DNA from: a virus
Taxonomy: Duplodnaviria; Caudoviricetes
Strand: one strand, 5' to 3'
Length of the DNA: 64,000 nt
Virus record (IMG/VR): IMGVR_UViG_3300042885_001472
Shown: one piece after another, positions 47,514 through 56,606 of the stretch
Layout: every line of letters begins with the position of its first letter
Position numbering within the stretch: the stretch's first letter is position 1
The notes under the pieces: model-generated
What the model saw: the letters and a program-made list of their open reading frames with translations, nothing else
What the model was told of the DNA's origin: nothing
Database searches by the model: none
Made by a program: the position numbers and the translations under genes

Positions 47514-47726
47514 TTACTTTATATCATCATTTTGTTTATTACCAGTCCCAGTAATTGTATATGGATTAATGGTTGATGGTGGAAATATTCCAAACCAGGG
47601 ATTTGGGTGATATGTTGGGTATGTCTTTTCAAGTTCCAAATTAATCCCTGATAATAATACCACAGCTTCTTCCGCAGTGATTTGTTGTTTATCTAATAAT
47701 CTTTGTACTATATCCGCTTTTGTCAT
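47514..47726 (-). CDS. hypothetical protein
   Basis: ORF track. Confidence 0.6.
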   Translation of the reverse strand: MTKADIVQRLLDKQQITAEEAVVLLSGINLELEKTYPTYHPNPWFGIFPPSTINPYTITGTGNKQNDDIK

Positions 47727-47727
47727 A

Positions 47728-47958
47728 TTAGTCTTGTTTGTTTAGTGAGTTAATAAATACTTTTAAAGTTCTGTCATCGTCTTGGTATGATAGTTCTACT
47801 TTACAATCTTTTTGAGTATATACCCTACCATTTTCATCAATTACTTCAAACCTTGTTACTTTTGAAGTATCAACCATATCTTCTTGAGATTGAGTGTACC
47901 CTTTTTTATAAGCAACTCCGTATGTGGTTAACGCTATTTCTAATTCTTTAGTTTTCAT
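47728..47958 (-). CDS. hypothetical protein
   Basis: VTRFEVIDENGRVY. Confidence 0.65.
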   Translation of the reverse strand: MKTKELEIALTTYGVAYKKGYTQSQEDMVDTSKVTRFEVIDENGRVYTQKDCKVELSYQDDDRTLKVFINSLNKQD

Positions 47959-47973
47959 AGTATTATTTTTTTA

Positions 47974-48174
47974 CTAATCCCATTTATATTTACTTGATTG
48001 TGTTAATTTGGTTAATTCATTTTTCAAATCTAAAGCACCTCTTTTACAACTAGCAAAGTCTTTACGTGAATAAGTTTTTTCATCTGATTGTTCTTTAATC
48101 GCTTTATTTAGTTTTTTATCAAATCTATTTAATTCAATTTTTACTTCTTTTAATATTTCAATATTTGTTTTCAT
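47974..48174 (-). CDS. hypothetical protein
   Basis: ORF track. Confidence 0.6.
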   Translation of the reverse strand: MKTNIEILKEVKIELNRFDKKLNKAIKEQSDEKTYSRKDFASCKRGALDLKNELTKLTQSSKYKWD

Positions 48175-48175
48175 A

Positions 48176-48829
48176 TTACTTGTTTTCTACTTTAACATTT
48201 GTATATCCTAATTTAGTTAGCACTGCTGTAAGTAATTGGTGAGAACTAGTTCCGTCTTCATCTTCAATCTGTTCTCCATTAATGTATATATTTACACCAT
48301 AAGTATGACAACAACCATCATTACAAGTATGATCCCATTCCTCTAACTCTATTAATAGTTCCTCATCTTTATTAACCTCTAATGAGTTTCCACCCCTATT
48401 TTCAAAATCCTCATCCACATAATCTTCATCTATAAAGTCTTCTGGGTCATGAGCTTCAAATAGTTCATCCAATGTTTCTTTACTTACTGTATGTTTATAG
48501 AACAAATAATCTTTAAAGATATAGTCAGCGACAAACCCAATAGTACCTGGTGATTGGTTTTGATATTTATTATATAACTCTCTAATCTCTTTCTTTTCAA
48601 CAATATCTGTAATGTCTATTGGTGGAGCATCGTGAGCACAATTATCAAAATTATAAACTTTATTTTTAACTACTTCTAATTCATCTTCATTTATATCAAC
48701 TTCAACTAAATGTCTCTCCCAATACATCATATCCTCATAGTAAAAATTACTAAATGTAGCGTATGATGACTTATTAGGTATTTCCTCTTTACTCTCGTAA
48801 CATTTTCCTTTTATTAAGTAGTATTTCAT
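48176..48829 (-). CDS. hypothetical protein
   Basis: ORF track; C-terminal HTCNDGCC. Confidence 0.6.
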   Translation of the reverse strand: MKYYLIKGKCYESKEEIPNKSSYATFSNFYYEDMMYWERHLVEVDINEDELEVVKNKVYNFDNCAHDAPPIDITDIVEKKEIRELYNKYQNQSPGTIGFVADYIFKDYLFYKHTVSKETLDELFEAHDPEDFIDEDYVDEDFENRGGNSLEVNKDEELLIELEEWDHTCNDGCCHTYGVNIYINGEQIEDEDGTSSHQLLTAVLTKLGYTNVKVENK

Positions 48830-49086
48830 ATTTTGTGTATTAATTTAGCGTATTTAATCATTTTAGTACTATGTGGATCAGTGGCAACCATATCTACTAT
48901 TTCAAACTCTACTTCCGGATTACTATTGATCCTACCTTCAATATTATCAAACACCATTGACCATTCAGTAATTTCTTTTATATTATATGGATGTAGTGGT
49001 ATAGATTGTAATAATGGACCATTTAAAGTGGCTTGAACGTGTATGACTTCCCACCCACTTTCTATTTTTAACATAGTTCCTTTCAT
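48826..49086 (-). CDS. hypothetical protein
   Basis: ORF track; similar to N-terminus of 54789-55244. Confidence 0.6.
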   Translation of the reverse strand: MKGTMLKIESGWEVIHVQATLNGPLLQSIPLHPYNIKEITEWSMVFDNIEGRINSNPEVEFEIVDMVATDPHSTKMIKYAKLIHKI

Positions 49087-49087
49087 A

Positions 49088-49480
49088 TTATTTTACCTTA
49101 TCTTTATATCTAACTGAGAACTTTGGGAAGTCAACCCTTAACATATTGTAGTAACCATCTTTAGTGTAATTTAGATAGATATCTTCTTTTGTTATTTCAT
49201 TCCTTGATTTATATTTCCAGTTAAATACTTTATTTTGTGTTTCATAAATCTTATAAAAAACAAAATCACTACTATCACTAAGGTTTTGTATTACAAAGAT
49301 ATTTTGTTCATAGTTCATAAGAAACTCATAACATGTATCAGGTGATAGTTTAATCCAACCACCTTCATTCCAATCAAATATTTCTAATTCACAAAATGTT
49401 TCATAATGGAAATATCGTTCTGGTTGTGAGTAAGTGGAAGTACTAAATAGTATTACCAATATAATTAATAAATGTTTCAT
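49088..49480 (-). CDS. secreted hypothetical protein
   Basis: signal peptide MKHLLIILVILFSTS. Confidence 0.6.
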   Translation of the reverse strand: MKHLLIILVILFSTSTYSQPERYFHYETFCELEIFDWNEGGWIKLSPDTCYEFLMNYEQNIFVIQNLSDSSDFVFYKIYETQNKVFNWKYKSRNEITKEDIYLNYTKDGYYNMLRVDFPKFSVRYKDKVK

Positions 49481-49740
49481 ACTTTCACCCCTTTATTTAA
49501 TATTTTTAATATTTTACCGATTAAATTAGATTTATAGATGTTATCTCGTCTTAATCTAAGTTCAACACAATTATCACATTTACAATATTCTTTAACATTG
49601 TGAGAACCAAAACCCTCAACAGTCAACTCTCTATTATGAGTCCAAGTTTTTGGTATTATACTTTTCATTGTTTTAACGATTTGATAAATATATGTACGCT
49701 CTATGGTATTTTTCAATCCTATCCAGATCCTTTTTACCAA
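49477..49740 (-). CDS. hypothetical protein
   Basis: ORF track; start uncertain. Confidence 0.45.
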   Translation of the reverse strand: MVKRIWIGLKNTIERTYIYQIVKTMKSIIPKTWTHNRELTVEGFGSHNVKEYCKCDNCVELRLRRDNIYKSNLIGKILKILNKGVKV

Positions 49741-50098
49741 GTCCTTTAAGTCTAGTGATATCTGAATTATCTCGTAAGTCAGCTAATTTAATTTCAGTGG
49801 CTTCATTACTTACCGCAATAGCTTTAATGTACTCATCGTATGGGGTATTCTTTTGATGTGTAACTAAATGTAATAAACCAATTGTTTTATCTGAGAACCC
49901 AAGTTTAGTTAGTTGTTCAAATGTATAATCTGTATCCTCAACCAAATCGTGCATAATTGCGGCACATTTCACACATTCATCCCCTTTTGTCCCCATCATA
50001 ACTCTTATACAATGTAAAATGTATGGTTCTCCAGCCTTATCTAGTTTATTTTCAAAAGCTTTTGATGTAATTGATATCGCCAACGCTAATTTATTCAT
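49673..50098 (-). CDS. HD-domain hydrolase, (p)ppGpp hydrolase/Mesh1-like
   Basis: DKAGEPYILH..AAIMHDLVEDT..IKLADLRDNSD. Confidence 0.8.
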   Translation of the reverse strand: MNKLALAISITSKAFENKLDKAGEPYILHCIRVMMGTKGDECVKCAAIMHDLVEDTDYTFEQLTKLGFSDKTIGLLHLVTHQKNTPYDEYIKAIAVSNEATEIKLADLRDNSDITRLKGLGKKDLDRIEKYHRAYIYLSNR

Positions 50099-50125
50099 AT
50101 TTTTAAGTATTAGATTGTAAAGGTA

Positions 50126-50440
50126 TTAATTATTTTCCACACCACCAAAATTTAACCCATTTTTTAATTTATTAATTAAAAATTGTTCTCGTTCAATCAT
50201 CGTTTCTAATTCCACGATTACCATATTTTTTAGTTTGGTATTTGTGATAAGTTTACCACCGTTAATTTTAAACCCATTAAACCATTCACCCTGGGTATCA
50301 GAACCTATGGAGTAATCAATTGTGATTAAAGGGTTAGTCCATTCAAGACTAAACTCTTCCATTTCTGATTTACTTAAATAACTATCTATAGTTATTGTCC
50401 CACCATCTCGGATGGAATCTATTTTTCTTATTACTATCAT
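50126..50440 (-). CDS. hypothetical protein
   Basis: ORF track. Confidence 0.6.
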   Translation of the reverse strand: MIVIRKIDSIRDGGTITIDSYLSKSEMEEFSLEWTNPLITIDYSIGSDTQGEWFNGFKINGGKLITNTKLKNMVIVELETMIEREQFLINKLKNGLNFGGVENN

Positions 50441-50446
50441 CTTATT

Positions 50447-50812
50447 TTAGTTTAAGTCCCAACAAATGTCTGTTAGGTATTTGTCATTATTCTCACCTAG
50501 TTCAGTTATCTCTAGTTTATGATTAGTCGCCCATTCATCATCACGTCCCCAAGTACCAGCTTGATCATAGTGATTTAGTTTAGCTAATCTAATAAACTCC
50601 TTATAATGTTTTTCGTCAATCTTTCCTTTAAGTGGTATGATTCTACCTACACAAGTATTCCACTTTGTTTCCCTACCATTATATGTTACGTAATAGTAAT
50701 CTTGGTCATCTGTCCCAATCGCAATAAACCTTTCAACTACATTGTGATTGATTACAAATTGGCCTTTTAGTTCCTCAAATTCCTTGAGTATTAATGTTAA
50801 GTTACTGTCCAT
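50447..50812 (-). CDS. hypothetical protein, paralogue of 47108-47494
   Basis: near-identical N-terminal DNA. Confidence 0.7.
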   Translation of the reverse strand: MDSNLTLILKEFEELKGQFVINHNVVERFIAIGTDDQDYYYVTYNGRETKWNTCVGRIIPLKGKIDEKHYKEFIRLAKLNHYDQAGTWGRDDEWATNHKLEITELGENNDKYLTDICWDLN

Positions 50813-50813
50813 T

Positions 50814-51221
50814 TTATTTGTATTCTATTTGTTTTAATATTCTTTTTAGTTCCGATATATTTTTACAATTACCAAAAAATCCGGTGTCATACTCATCCCT
50901 ACCTATTTCAACGAGAGGGGTAGAACTATTGTACCAGAAGTTTAAAAACCAGTCATTATGTTTAAAATTAAGTACGTGTGTACCATCACCAGCATACTGA
51001 TCATGAATCCAATCTAATGATTCAATATCTGATTGATCTAGGTATTTAACTCTAACTAATGGGTATTCATCAAAAGCTTCCCACAATTCATTCTTATCAC
51101 TAATAACCCATTTATAATATTCTTTAGTATCAGGATCTAATACCTCATATTCAAATCCTACATAAAACTCTTCTATTGTTGGTGTGTAATATTTACCACC
51201 TTCCACCTTCTGATTCTCCAT
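50814..51221 (-). CDS. phage hypothetical protein (YYTPTIEEFYVGFEYE)
   Basis: ORF track. Confidence 0.65.
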   Translation of the reverse strand: MENQKVEGGKYYTPTIEEFYVGFEYEVLDPDTKEYYKWVISDKNELWEAFDEYPLVRVKYLDQSDIESLDWIHDQYAGDGTHVLNFKHNDWFLNFWYNSSTPLVEIGRDEYDTGFFGNCKNISELKRILKQIEYK

Positions 51222-51402
51222 CTTTTTTATATATCTTGTTTAAGTCGTAGTGTTTAAAAAAATCATTAATACCATTACGTTCATCTTCTGATAAAGTAAC
51301 TTTTACCGACTCTTTAGGGTTTTGTTTTAGATATTCCACCGCGTCATTTAATGACATTTCTTTTAAAAATCTTTGTTGTTCATATTCGTTATTTGATCCC
51401 AT
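51193..51402 (-). CDS. hypothetical protein (MGSNNEYEQQ)
   Basis: Start moved to 51402; the track's upstream extension overlaps a tRNA-like RNA. Confidence 0.5.
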   Translation of the reverse strand: MGSNNEYEQQRFLKEMSLNDAVEYLKQNPKESVKVTLSEDERNGINDFFKHYDLNKIYKKDGESEGGRW

Positions 51403-51420
51403 ATTTATATTTTTTAATTC

Positions 51421-51510
51421 TGTAGTCAGGACAAGATTCGAACTTGTATGGATAAGCGTACCGCGCCAGCAGTTATCCTCTGTAGCGTCTACCAATTCCG
51501 CCACCTGACT
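51421..51510 (-). tRNA. tRNA-like RNA, anticodon undetermined (degenerate)
   Basis: AGTCAGG/CCTGACT acceptor, GCGGAATTGGTAGACGC D-arm, ACAAG-TTCGAAT-CTTGT T-arm; no canonical anticodon loop. Confidence 0.55.
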
Positions 51511-51519
51511 ATTTTAAAA

Positions 51520-51640
51520 ATTAACCTACCGAAATGTAATCTATTCACGCTTGAATTACATCTCCCAATCTCCATAGTGATACTTCGTAACAATCTCACC
51601 CCTTACAGCTTACTACTACTTCAGCGCCTCGGTTAATTTA
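51520..51640 (-). ncRNA. possible structured RNA between the two tRNA-like elements
   Basis: TTAACCGA..TCGGTAGGTTAA end pairing and ATGTAAT/ATTACAT stem. Confidence 0.3.
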
Positions 51641-51642
51641 GT

Positions 51643-51714
51643 ATTCAGGGTGAGATTCGAACTCACATCTTGCTTTGACTCACAAAGCGTATTCTACCAT
51701 TGAACTAGCTGATT
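51643..51714 (-). tRNA. tRNA-like RNA with non-canonical anticodon loop
   Basis: TCAG/CTGA acceptor, GTTCAATGGTAGAAT D-arm, GCTTT/AAAGC stem with GTGAGTC loop, GTGAG-TTCGAAT-CTCAC T-arm. Confidence 0.55.
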
Positions 51715-51734
51715 ATTTGAAATAAAAAAATAAA

Positions 51735-52142
51735 TTATAAAATTGTTATTAACTCATAAGTTGAATTTTGTGTTTTAAATTTAATATAATCTTCTCTTTG
51801 TTCTACTATCTCAGTAATACTGGTTGTTAACCAAGTGTATTGCATCCTCGGTTCAAGTATTAATGAACGACCTATTTTTATATCATCATGTGACGATTTA
51901 CCACCCTTATTCTCATCCCATTCAATATACTGGACTATGTAACCAGTTTTAGTTAAACCATCATTTAATCTTTTAAGACTATACTTTGATTTTGGTTCTT
52001 CATTAGGGATTATGTTTCCAGCGTCATATTTATGTTTCTCACAAAATAATTCGTTACTATATCCGGTATTGATAATTACACTACATTTATGACAAAGTGT
52101 AGCCCCATTTCCATTATTAAATTTATGTATTGGTTTTCTCAT
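51735..52142 (-). CDS. hypothetical protein with N-terminal Zn-finger
   Basis: HKFNNGNGATLCHKC..LFCEKH. Confidence 0.65.
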   Translation of the reverse strand: MRKPIHKFNNGNGATLCHKCSVIINTGYSNELFCEKHKYDAGNIIPNEEPKSKYSLKRLNDGLTKTGYIVQYIEWDENKGGKSSHDDIKIGRSLILEPRMQYTWLTTSITEIVEQREDYIKFKTQNSTYELITIL

Positions 52143-52159
52143 ATTATTTTATTAAAAAT

Positions 52160-52354
52160 TTAATCCGGTAATTCACCAGGTTGTTTGATTCGTACTTCAT
52201 TAATGTGTTCAAAATCGGAATCTTGTAAAAGAGTTGGGTCACAACATACAAACCAATGAGATTTAATAGTTTCATATAATTTGAAAATAGAATATTTAGC
52301 TATTTTAAATTCTCCTTTATACTTAACCCAATAATACCCCTCTTGTCTATTCAT
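52160..52354 (-). CDS. hypothetical protein (MNRQEGYYWVKY)
   Basis: Internal ATG of track ORF 52160-52510. Confidence 0.55.
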   Translation of the reverse strand: MNRQEGYYWVKYKGEFKIAKYSIFKLYETIKSHWFVCCDPTLLQDSDFEHINEVRIKQPGELPD

Positions 52355-52549
52355 ATTATTTGTTTTTTGTTTTTTTATAAAATTCCCAATACCCTTTAAA
52401 TAATTTGGTCTTATCCTCAACCCATCTAATATCAATACCATCGTCTCTAAGTCTTTTAGAAACATAAGGTTTTTCATTTGGTCCAATACCACCTCTTGGG
52501 ATACCATCACCTGGTGAATAAATATTCATTTTCTATTGTCTTTAGTTTA

Positions 52550-53248
52550 TTAATAAATGTATTCTCCAACCCATAAAACCATCCCATCCATAGTTAAAGT
52601 TTCATAGTGTATGTGAGTTTGTAACCCAGGAGGTTGTGATTCATCCCCAGTTCTTAAACCACCAGATATAACAAATCCACCCTCTTTTCTTCTAAACCCA
52701 GTAGGAATATTTGGTTTTTTTAGAAACTTTTCATTTTTAATTCTTTGAACTATTTGTCCCTTATATTTGATATCATGATCACATTCTCTTAAATAACATT
52801 TTTCTACACGCCATAAATCTTTATCCGTAAATTGATAGATATCATCACCAGAGTAAAATCCTAACCCAACTACTTCTTCCCATAATTGAATCATAGTAGT
52901 TCTAATGTGATCTTGTTGTTCTTTACTTAATAACCCAAAATCGTGTCTATATCTCATACCCATTGAATCTATAAGTTTAGGGTTGGGATTAATATTTTCT
53001 GTAGGGAGTAAATCGGGTAATAAATCCACACCTTCAAGTATTGGTGAGTTGTTGAGTGGTAAGTGAGCTAATATAATTTTGTCTTTGTAACCATTTCTAT
53101 TACAATCCCAATCACCTGATATTTCACTTATGGTATTTGGGTTTGTATAGTTATGTGTTTCTAATACCCATTGACCTTTTGTTGCCATTATTGAGTTATC
53201 ATCAACTATTAACAGATAATCACCTATGTTTATAATTTTATGTTCCAT
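52550..53248 (-). CDS. phage hypothetical protein
   Basis: IILAHLPLNNSPILEGVDLLP. Confidence 0.65.
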   Translation of the reverse strand: MEHKIINIGDYLLIVDDNSIMATKGQWVLETHNYTNPNTISEISGDWDCNRNGYKDKIILAHLPLNNSPILEGVDLLPDLLPTENINPNPKLIDSMGMRYRHDFGLLSKEQQDHIRTTMIQLWEEVVGLGFYSGDDIYQFTDKDLWRVEKCYLRECDHDIKYKGQIVQRIKNEKFLKKPNIPTGFRRKEGGFVISGGLRTGDESQPPGLQTHIHYETLTMDGMVLWVGEYIY

Positions 53249-53249
53249 A

Positions 53250-53555
53250 TTACTTTATATTATTTTTAATATAATCATTCCAGTCTTTATTCATTTTATC
53301 TAATTCCTCACTTATTAATCTAAGTGAATATGAATTCCAATAACCATCATTATCCTTTGAGAACCAAAAATTGTAATATCCACTTTCATCTTGTTCAGCG
53401 TCACCTAAAAAGATGTCATTATAATAGACATGAAATGATGGAGTATTTGATGTTGTTTTTTCAGTTCTAATCATTAATAATTTTTTTAAAATCGTTAAAC
53501 ATATCTTCCACATATTTTTTGGCCTCTTCAATGGTATCAAATTTTTCATACCCAA
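53250..53555 (-). CDS. hypothetical protein
   Basis: ORF track; true start probably at MIRTEK. Confidence 0.55.
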   Translation of the reverse strand: MGMKNLIPLKRPKNMWKICLTILKKLLMIRTEKTTSNTPSFHVYYNDIFLGDAEQDESGYYNFWFSKDNDGYWNSYSLRLISEELDKMNKDWNDYIKNNIK

Positions 53556-53808
53556 CTATACCTTGTGAGCTGGTGGGGAAATAAGGACTAACATGGAATG
53601 AATTACATACACCAGTCCTTCTATTATCCAAAATCGGCATTTCATCCTGTTTCACAAAACCGGTTATCCAAGCGATCTGTAAACCATTATAATAACCTAT
53701 TCTCGCCCAACGACCAATGTCATCGGTATTTTCATTATCTGAATACCTTATACTCCAAGAAAAACCTTTTTTATCAAGAAGGAGTTTTTTATTTATCTTG
53801 TGTTTCAT
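53467..53808 (-). CDS. hypothetical protein
   Basis: ORF track. Confidence 0.6.
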   Translation of the reverse strand: MKHKINKKLLLDKKGFSWSIRYSDNENTDDIGRWARIGYYNGLQIAWITGFVKQDEMPILDNRRTGVCNSFHVSPYFPTSSQGIVGYEKFDTIEEAKKYVEDMFNDFKKIIND

Positions 53809-53827
53809 TGTCTGGTTTGTTTAGTTT

Positions 53828-54037
53828 TTATATAAATTTACCACATAAAGTACATTCAAAATTAACATCTGACTTTGCTAATCTATAAGGTAATGGATGA
53901 TAACACATATCTTTTTGGTATTGAGTAGCATATTCTTCCATAGCATTTAATATTCCTTGATGAGTAACATTATATTTTACACTACACTTTGCAATTGCTT
54001 CAACATTTCTTTTTAATATTTCTTCTTTAGTTTTCAT
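53828..54037 (-). CDS. hypothetical protein (MKTKEEIL..AMEEYA)
   Basis: N-terminus resembles cassette ORF 16388-16660. Confidence 0.6.
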   Translation of the reverse strand: MKTKEEILKRNVEAIAKCSVKYNVTHQGILNAMEEYATQYQKDMCYHPLPYRLAKSDVNFECTLCGKFI

Positions 54038-54320
54038 TGTTTGGTTTGTTTAGTGATTTTAATATTACCCTAATACTTTCTTCAACTTGTTGGTATAATA
54101 TATCATCAGCTTCATCTCTACCATGTCCATACGCTTCTTGTATCGCCCATATAATATCCTTTTCACTATATTTTTTATCCTTATTATCTTCTTGACATTG
54201 AGTGTAACCATTTATAAATACTATGTTTTCTAAAGTATGTTCTTTAAATGTTAAACCAGCTTCTTTTCCAATTTCTGAATATTCATCAGCTAACTTTTCT
54301 ATTTCTTGTTTAGTTTTCAT
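54027..54320 (-). CDS. phage hypothetical protein
   Basis: GYTQCQED..KKYSEKD. Confidence 0.65.
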   Translation of the reverse strand: MKTKQEIEKLADEYSEIGKEAGLTFKEHTLENIVFINGYTQCQEDNKDKKYSEKDIIWAIQEAYGHGRDEADDILYQQVEESIRVILKSLNKPNNEN

Positions 54321-54386
54321 ACCTCAAAAGTAAATAATTAATTCTTTATAACCAAATATTTCATCATTTATTTTACACACATAACA

Positions 54387-54584
54387 TTATTTGTTAGGTG
54401 TACCATTATAATTAACTTCAATATCTTTCATATTATTTAGAGCATTCTTCGCATATTCTAACGCTGATCGTACTTGTCGATCATGGGATGTTAATCCTTT
54501 ACTACTATTATGGATATTACTGGTAATCCTTAACGCTTCAATTATATTTTCTAATTGGAACTTGTAAATTGTAATTTCTTCCAT
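54387..54584 (-). CDS. hypothetical protein
   Basis: ORF track. Confidence 0.6.
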   Translation of the reverse strand: MEEITIYKFQLENIIEALRITSNIHNSSKGLTSHDRQVRSALEYAKNALNNMKDIEVNYNGTPNK

Positions 54585-54787
54585 TATATATTTTTGGTTA
54601 CTTTATTATTATAAATCCATTCACGATGGAATCGATCTTGTACATTAATTATACTTTTTTCTATCTCTTTAAAATACTCAACATATTCCGGTCTTTCGGA
54701 AATATCAAGTGTACACATTTCTAATTCAACACAATCTTTCAAATTAGATAACGCTTTTTGTGTGTTAATAACTGTTTTTATTTTCAT
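54584..54787 (-). CDS. hypothetical protein
   Basis: ORF track. Confidence 0.55.
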   Translation of the reverse strand: MKIKTVINTQKALSNLKDCVELEMCTLDISERPEYVEYFKEIEKSIINVQDRFHREWIYNNKVTKNI

Positions 54788-54788
54788 T

Positions 54789-55244
54789 TTATTTGTTTAG
54801 TAAATATTTAAAAAATTCATCCATATCCATACTATATTCAACATCACCTTCTTTAAATGTATCCCATCTAGTGGCCATAGACATTAATTTAATAACTTCA
54901 TGTTCAGTGTACATTCTTTTAATGTTGTTTTCAGACATTACATTAGTGTATTTCTTTTGTTTACTATGTTTTGTATTTTTTTCTTCGTTAATTAGTTTAG
55001 CAAACCAAGTAACTTTATAATCGTTATATACACCACTTTCTTCTTGTACTTTTTCAAAATCTATAGTAGTAAACTCATCACCATCTTTAATGTAATGTAG
55101 TATATGGTCTGGATGCATAGGAATATAGTTTGATTCAGGTATTCTACTATGACTACCCATTACTCCTTTTATACCTGGTATTGTTTTGTAGGTGGTGTAT
55201 TTAACCAACCACTTACCTTCTGATTTATGTAATATTCCTTTCAT
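54789..55244 (-). CDS. hypothetical protein
   Basis: ORF track. Confidence 0.6.
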   Translation of the reverse strand: MKGILHKSEGKWLVKYTTYKTIPGIKGVMGSHSRIPESNYIPMHPDHILHYIKDGDEFTTIDFEKVQEESGVYNDYKVTWFAKLINEEKNTKHSKQKKYTNVMSENNIKRMYTEHEVIKLMSMATRWDTFKEGDVEYSMDMDEFFKYLLNK

Positions 55245-55245
55245 A

Positions 55246-55434
55246 TTAGTCTGTTAGTATTTTATTGTAGTAGTCCTCTGCTAAATGTTCAAAACTATTC
55301 ATTCCGTAATTCATTGATTTCTGTCCTTCAATGTGTGTTTTAATTATTAACTCTTTTTCTTTTAAAAGCATTTGATTTCTAAGTGGATTTTGTACTTGAA
55401 GCATATCCATTAATTCATGCATTGGTGTTTTCAT
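55246..55434 (-). CDS. phage hypothetical protein (MKTPMHEL)
   Basis: ORF track. Confidence 0.65.
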   Translation of the reverse strand: MKTPMHELMDMLQVQNPLRNQMLLKEKELIIKTHIEGQKSMNYGMNSFEHLAEDYYNKILTD

Positions 55435-55435
55435 A

Positions 55436-55849
55436 TTAATCTTCTTTATCTGTTATTTCTTTATGTAGTAATCCAAACCATAAGTTCTGTATCTGATGAA
55501 CAAACTCAATATCAAATGATACAACGTAATACATTCCATCATCATGTTCAAAAGCACTATCAGTATATTCTTGATAGAAAGCCCAATTTTTAGCCCAGTC
55601 TCTATACTTAAAACAATAGTTATTATCTTCTATACCCCTACACCAGTAATCATCTTTTTTAAAGAATCCCCATTCAATGAAGTGATCGTCTGTTAGAACA
55701 ATACCTTTGGTTCTTTCATAACTTTCCAATGTGTCTTGAGTTTCCTCTAAGTCAACGACAGTACATGAATTATGTCCTATATCTATTACCTTAGTGATTC
55801 TATTACCTAAATCTACTAAATTTCCTATTCTAAGTTCTTGTGGTTTCAT
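55436..55849 (-). CDS. 'ELRxGN' family protein, copy 1
   Basis: ELRIGN..VHQIQNLWF. Confidence 0.75.
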   Translation of the reverse strand: MKPQELRIGNLVDLGNRITKVIDIGHNSCTVVDLEETQDTLESYERTKGIVLTDDHFIEWGFFKKDDYWCRGIEDNNYCFKYRDWAKNWAFYQEYTDSAFEHDDGMYYVVSFDIEFVHQIQNLWFGLLHKEITDKED

Positions 55850-55851
55850 AT

Positions 55852-56190
55852 CTATTTTAATTTAAGTTCTTCTCCTGTTAATACAAAGTATAAGTTCTGT
55901 AATTGATGGACATATTCAATTTTAATGTTAAGTAAATCTCCAAGGTCAAATGTTTTATTATCTTTATCATAAACTAAAGAACTATCTAATACTTGTTTTC
56001 TAAGAGTTGAGTGAACATCCCAATCTGATGTCCAAAATTCAAATTTCAACAACCATTCCTCAGTTAATGGAATTGGTTTACACCAACTCCTTTCAGCCTC
56101 AAATACTTCTTGTATAGTCCATGGGGTAACAATACAAGGTTCTCCATTATTATCATAAAAATTTCCTACCCTTAATTCTTGTACTTTCAT
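55852..56190 (-). CDS. 'ELRxGN' family protein, copy 2
   Basis: ELRVGN..PIPLTEEWLLKF..VHQLQNLYF. Confidence 0.75.
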   Translation of the reverse strand: MKVQELRVGNFYDNNGEPCIVTPWTIQEVFEAERSWCKPIPLTEEWLLKFEFWTSDWDVHSTLRKQVLDSSLVYDKDNKTFDLGDLLNIKIEYVHQLQNLYFVLTGEELKLK

Positions 56191-56192
56191 AT

Positions 56193-56606
56193 CTATTTTA
56201 ATTTAAGTTCTTTCTTTAAAACATAAAACAAGTTCTGAAGTTCATGTACATAATCTATATCATTATCTCCTAATGTAAAAGTAATACCATTTCCATTTTG
56301 TCTAAATGGAAATCCATTTATATTCCAGGATTTCCATTCATTATCCCCATAACCATAAGACTTATAAGTACCACCAAACTTCAATAACCATTCTTCTGTT
56401 AATGGGATTGGTTCATACTGACTAATAACATCCATGTATGGATTTTCTACTTGAGTACCACTAACATCTTTAGCTTCGTATTCAATTACTGGTTCTCCAT
56501 CTTTTACCCACCATGAATATATGTTGTTACCCATTATTCCACTTATGATATGAGTGGTGTGTTCATAATAAACATAGTTTCCTATTCTAAGATCTGTCGG
56601 TGTCAT
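56193..56606 (-). CDS. 'ELRxGN' family protein, copy 3
   Basis: DLRIGN..PIPLTEEWLLKF..VHELQNLFY. Confidence 0.75.
   Translation of the reverse strand: MTPTDLRIGNYVYYEHTTHIISGIMGNNIYSWWVKDGEPVIEYEAKDVSGTQVENPYMDVISQYEPIPLTEEWLLKFGGTYKSYGYGDNEWKSWNINGFPFRQNGNGITFTLGDNDIDYVHELQNLFYVLKKELKLK

Noticed and set aside
51403-51636. N-terminal extension MAELVDA.. of ORF 51193-51504, and ORF 51448-51636
   Set aside because: Translations of tRNA-like sequence.
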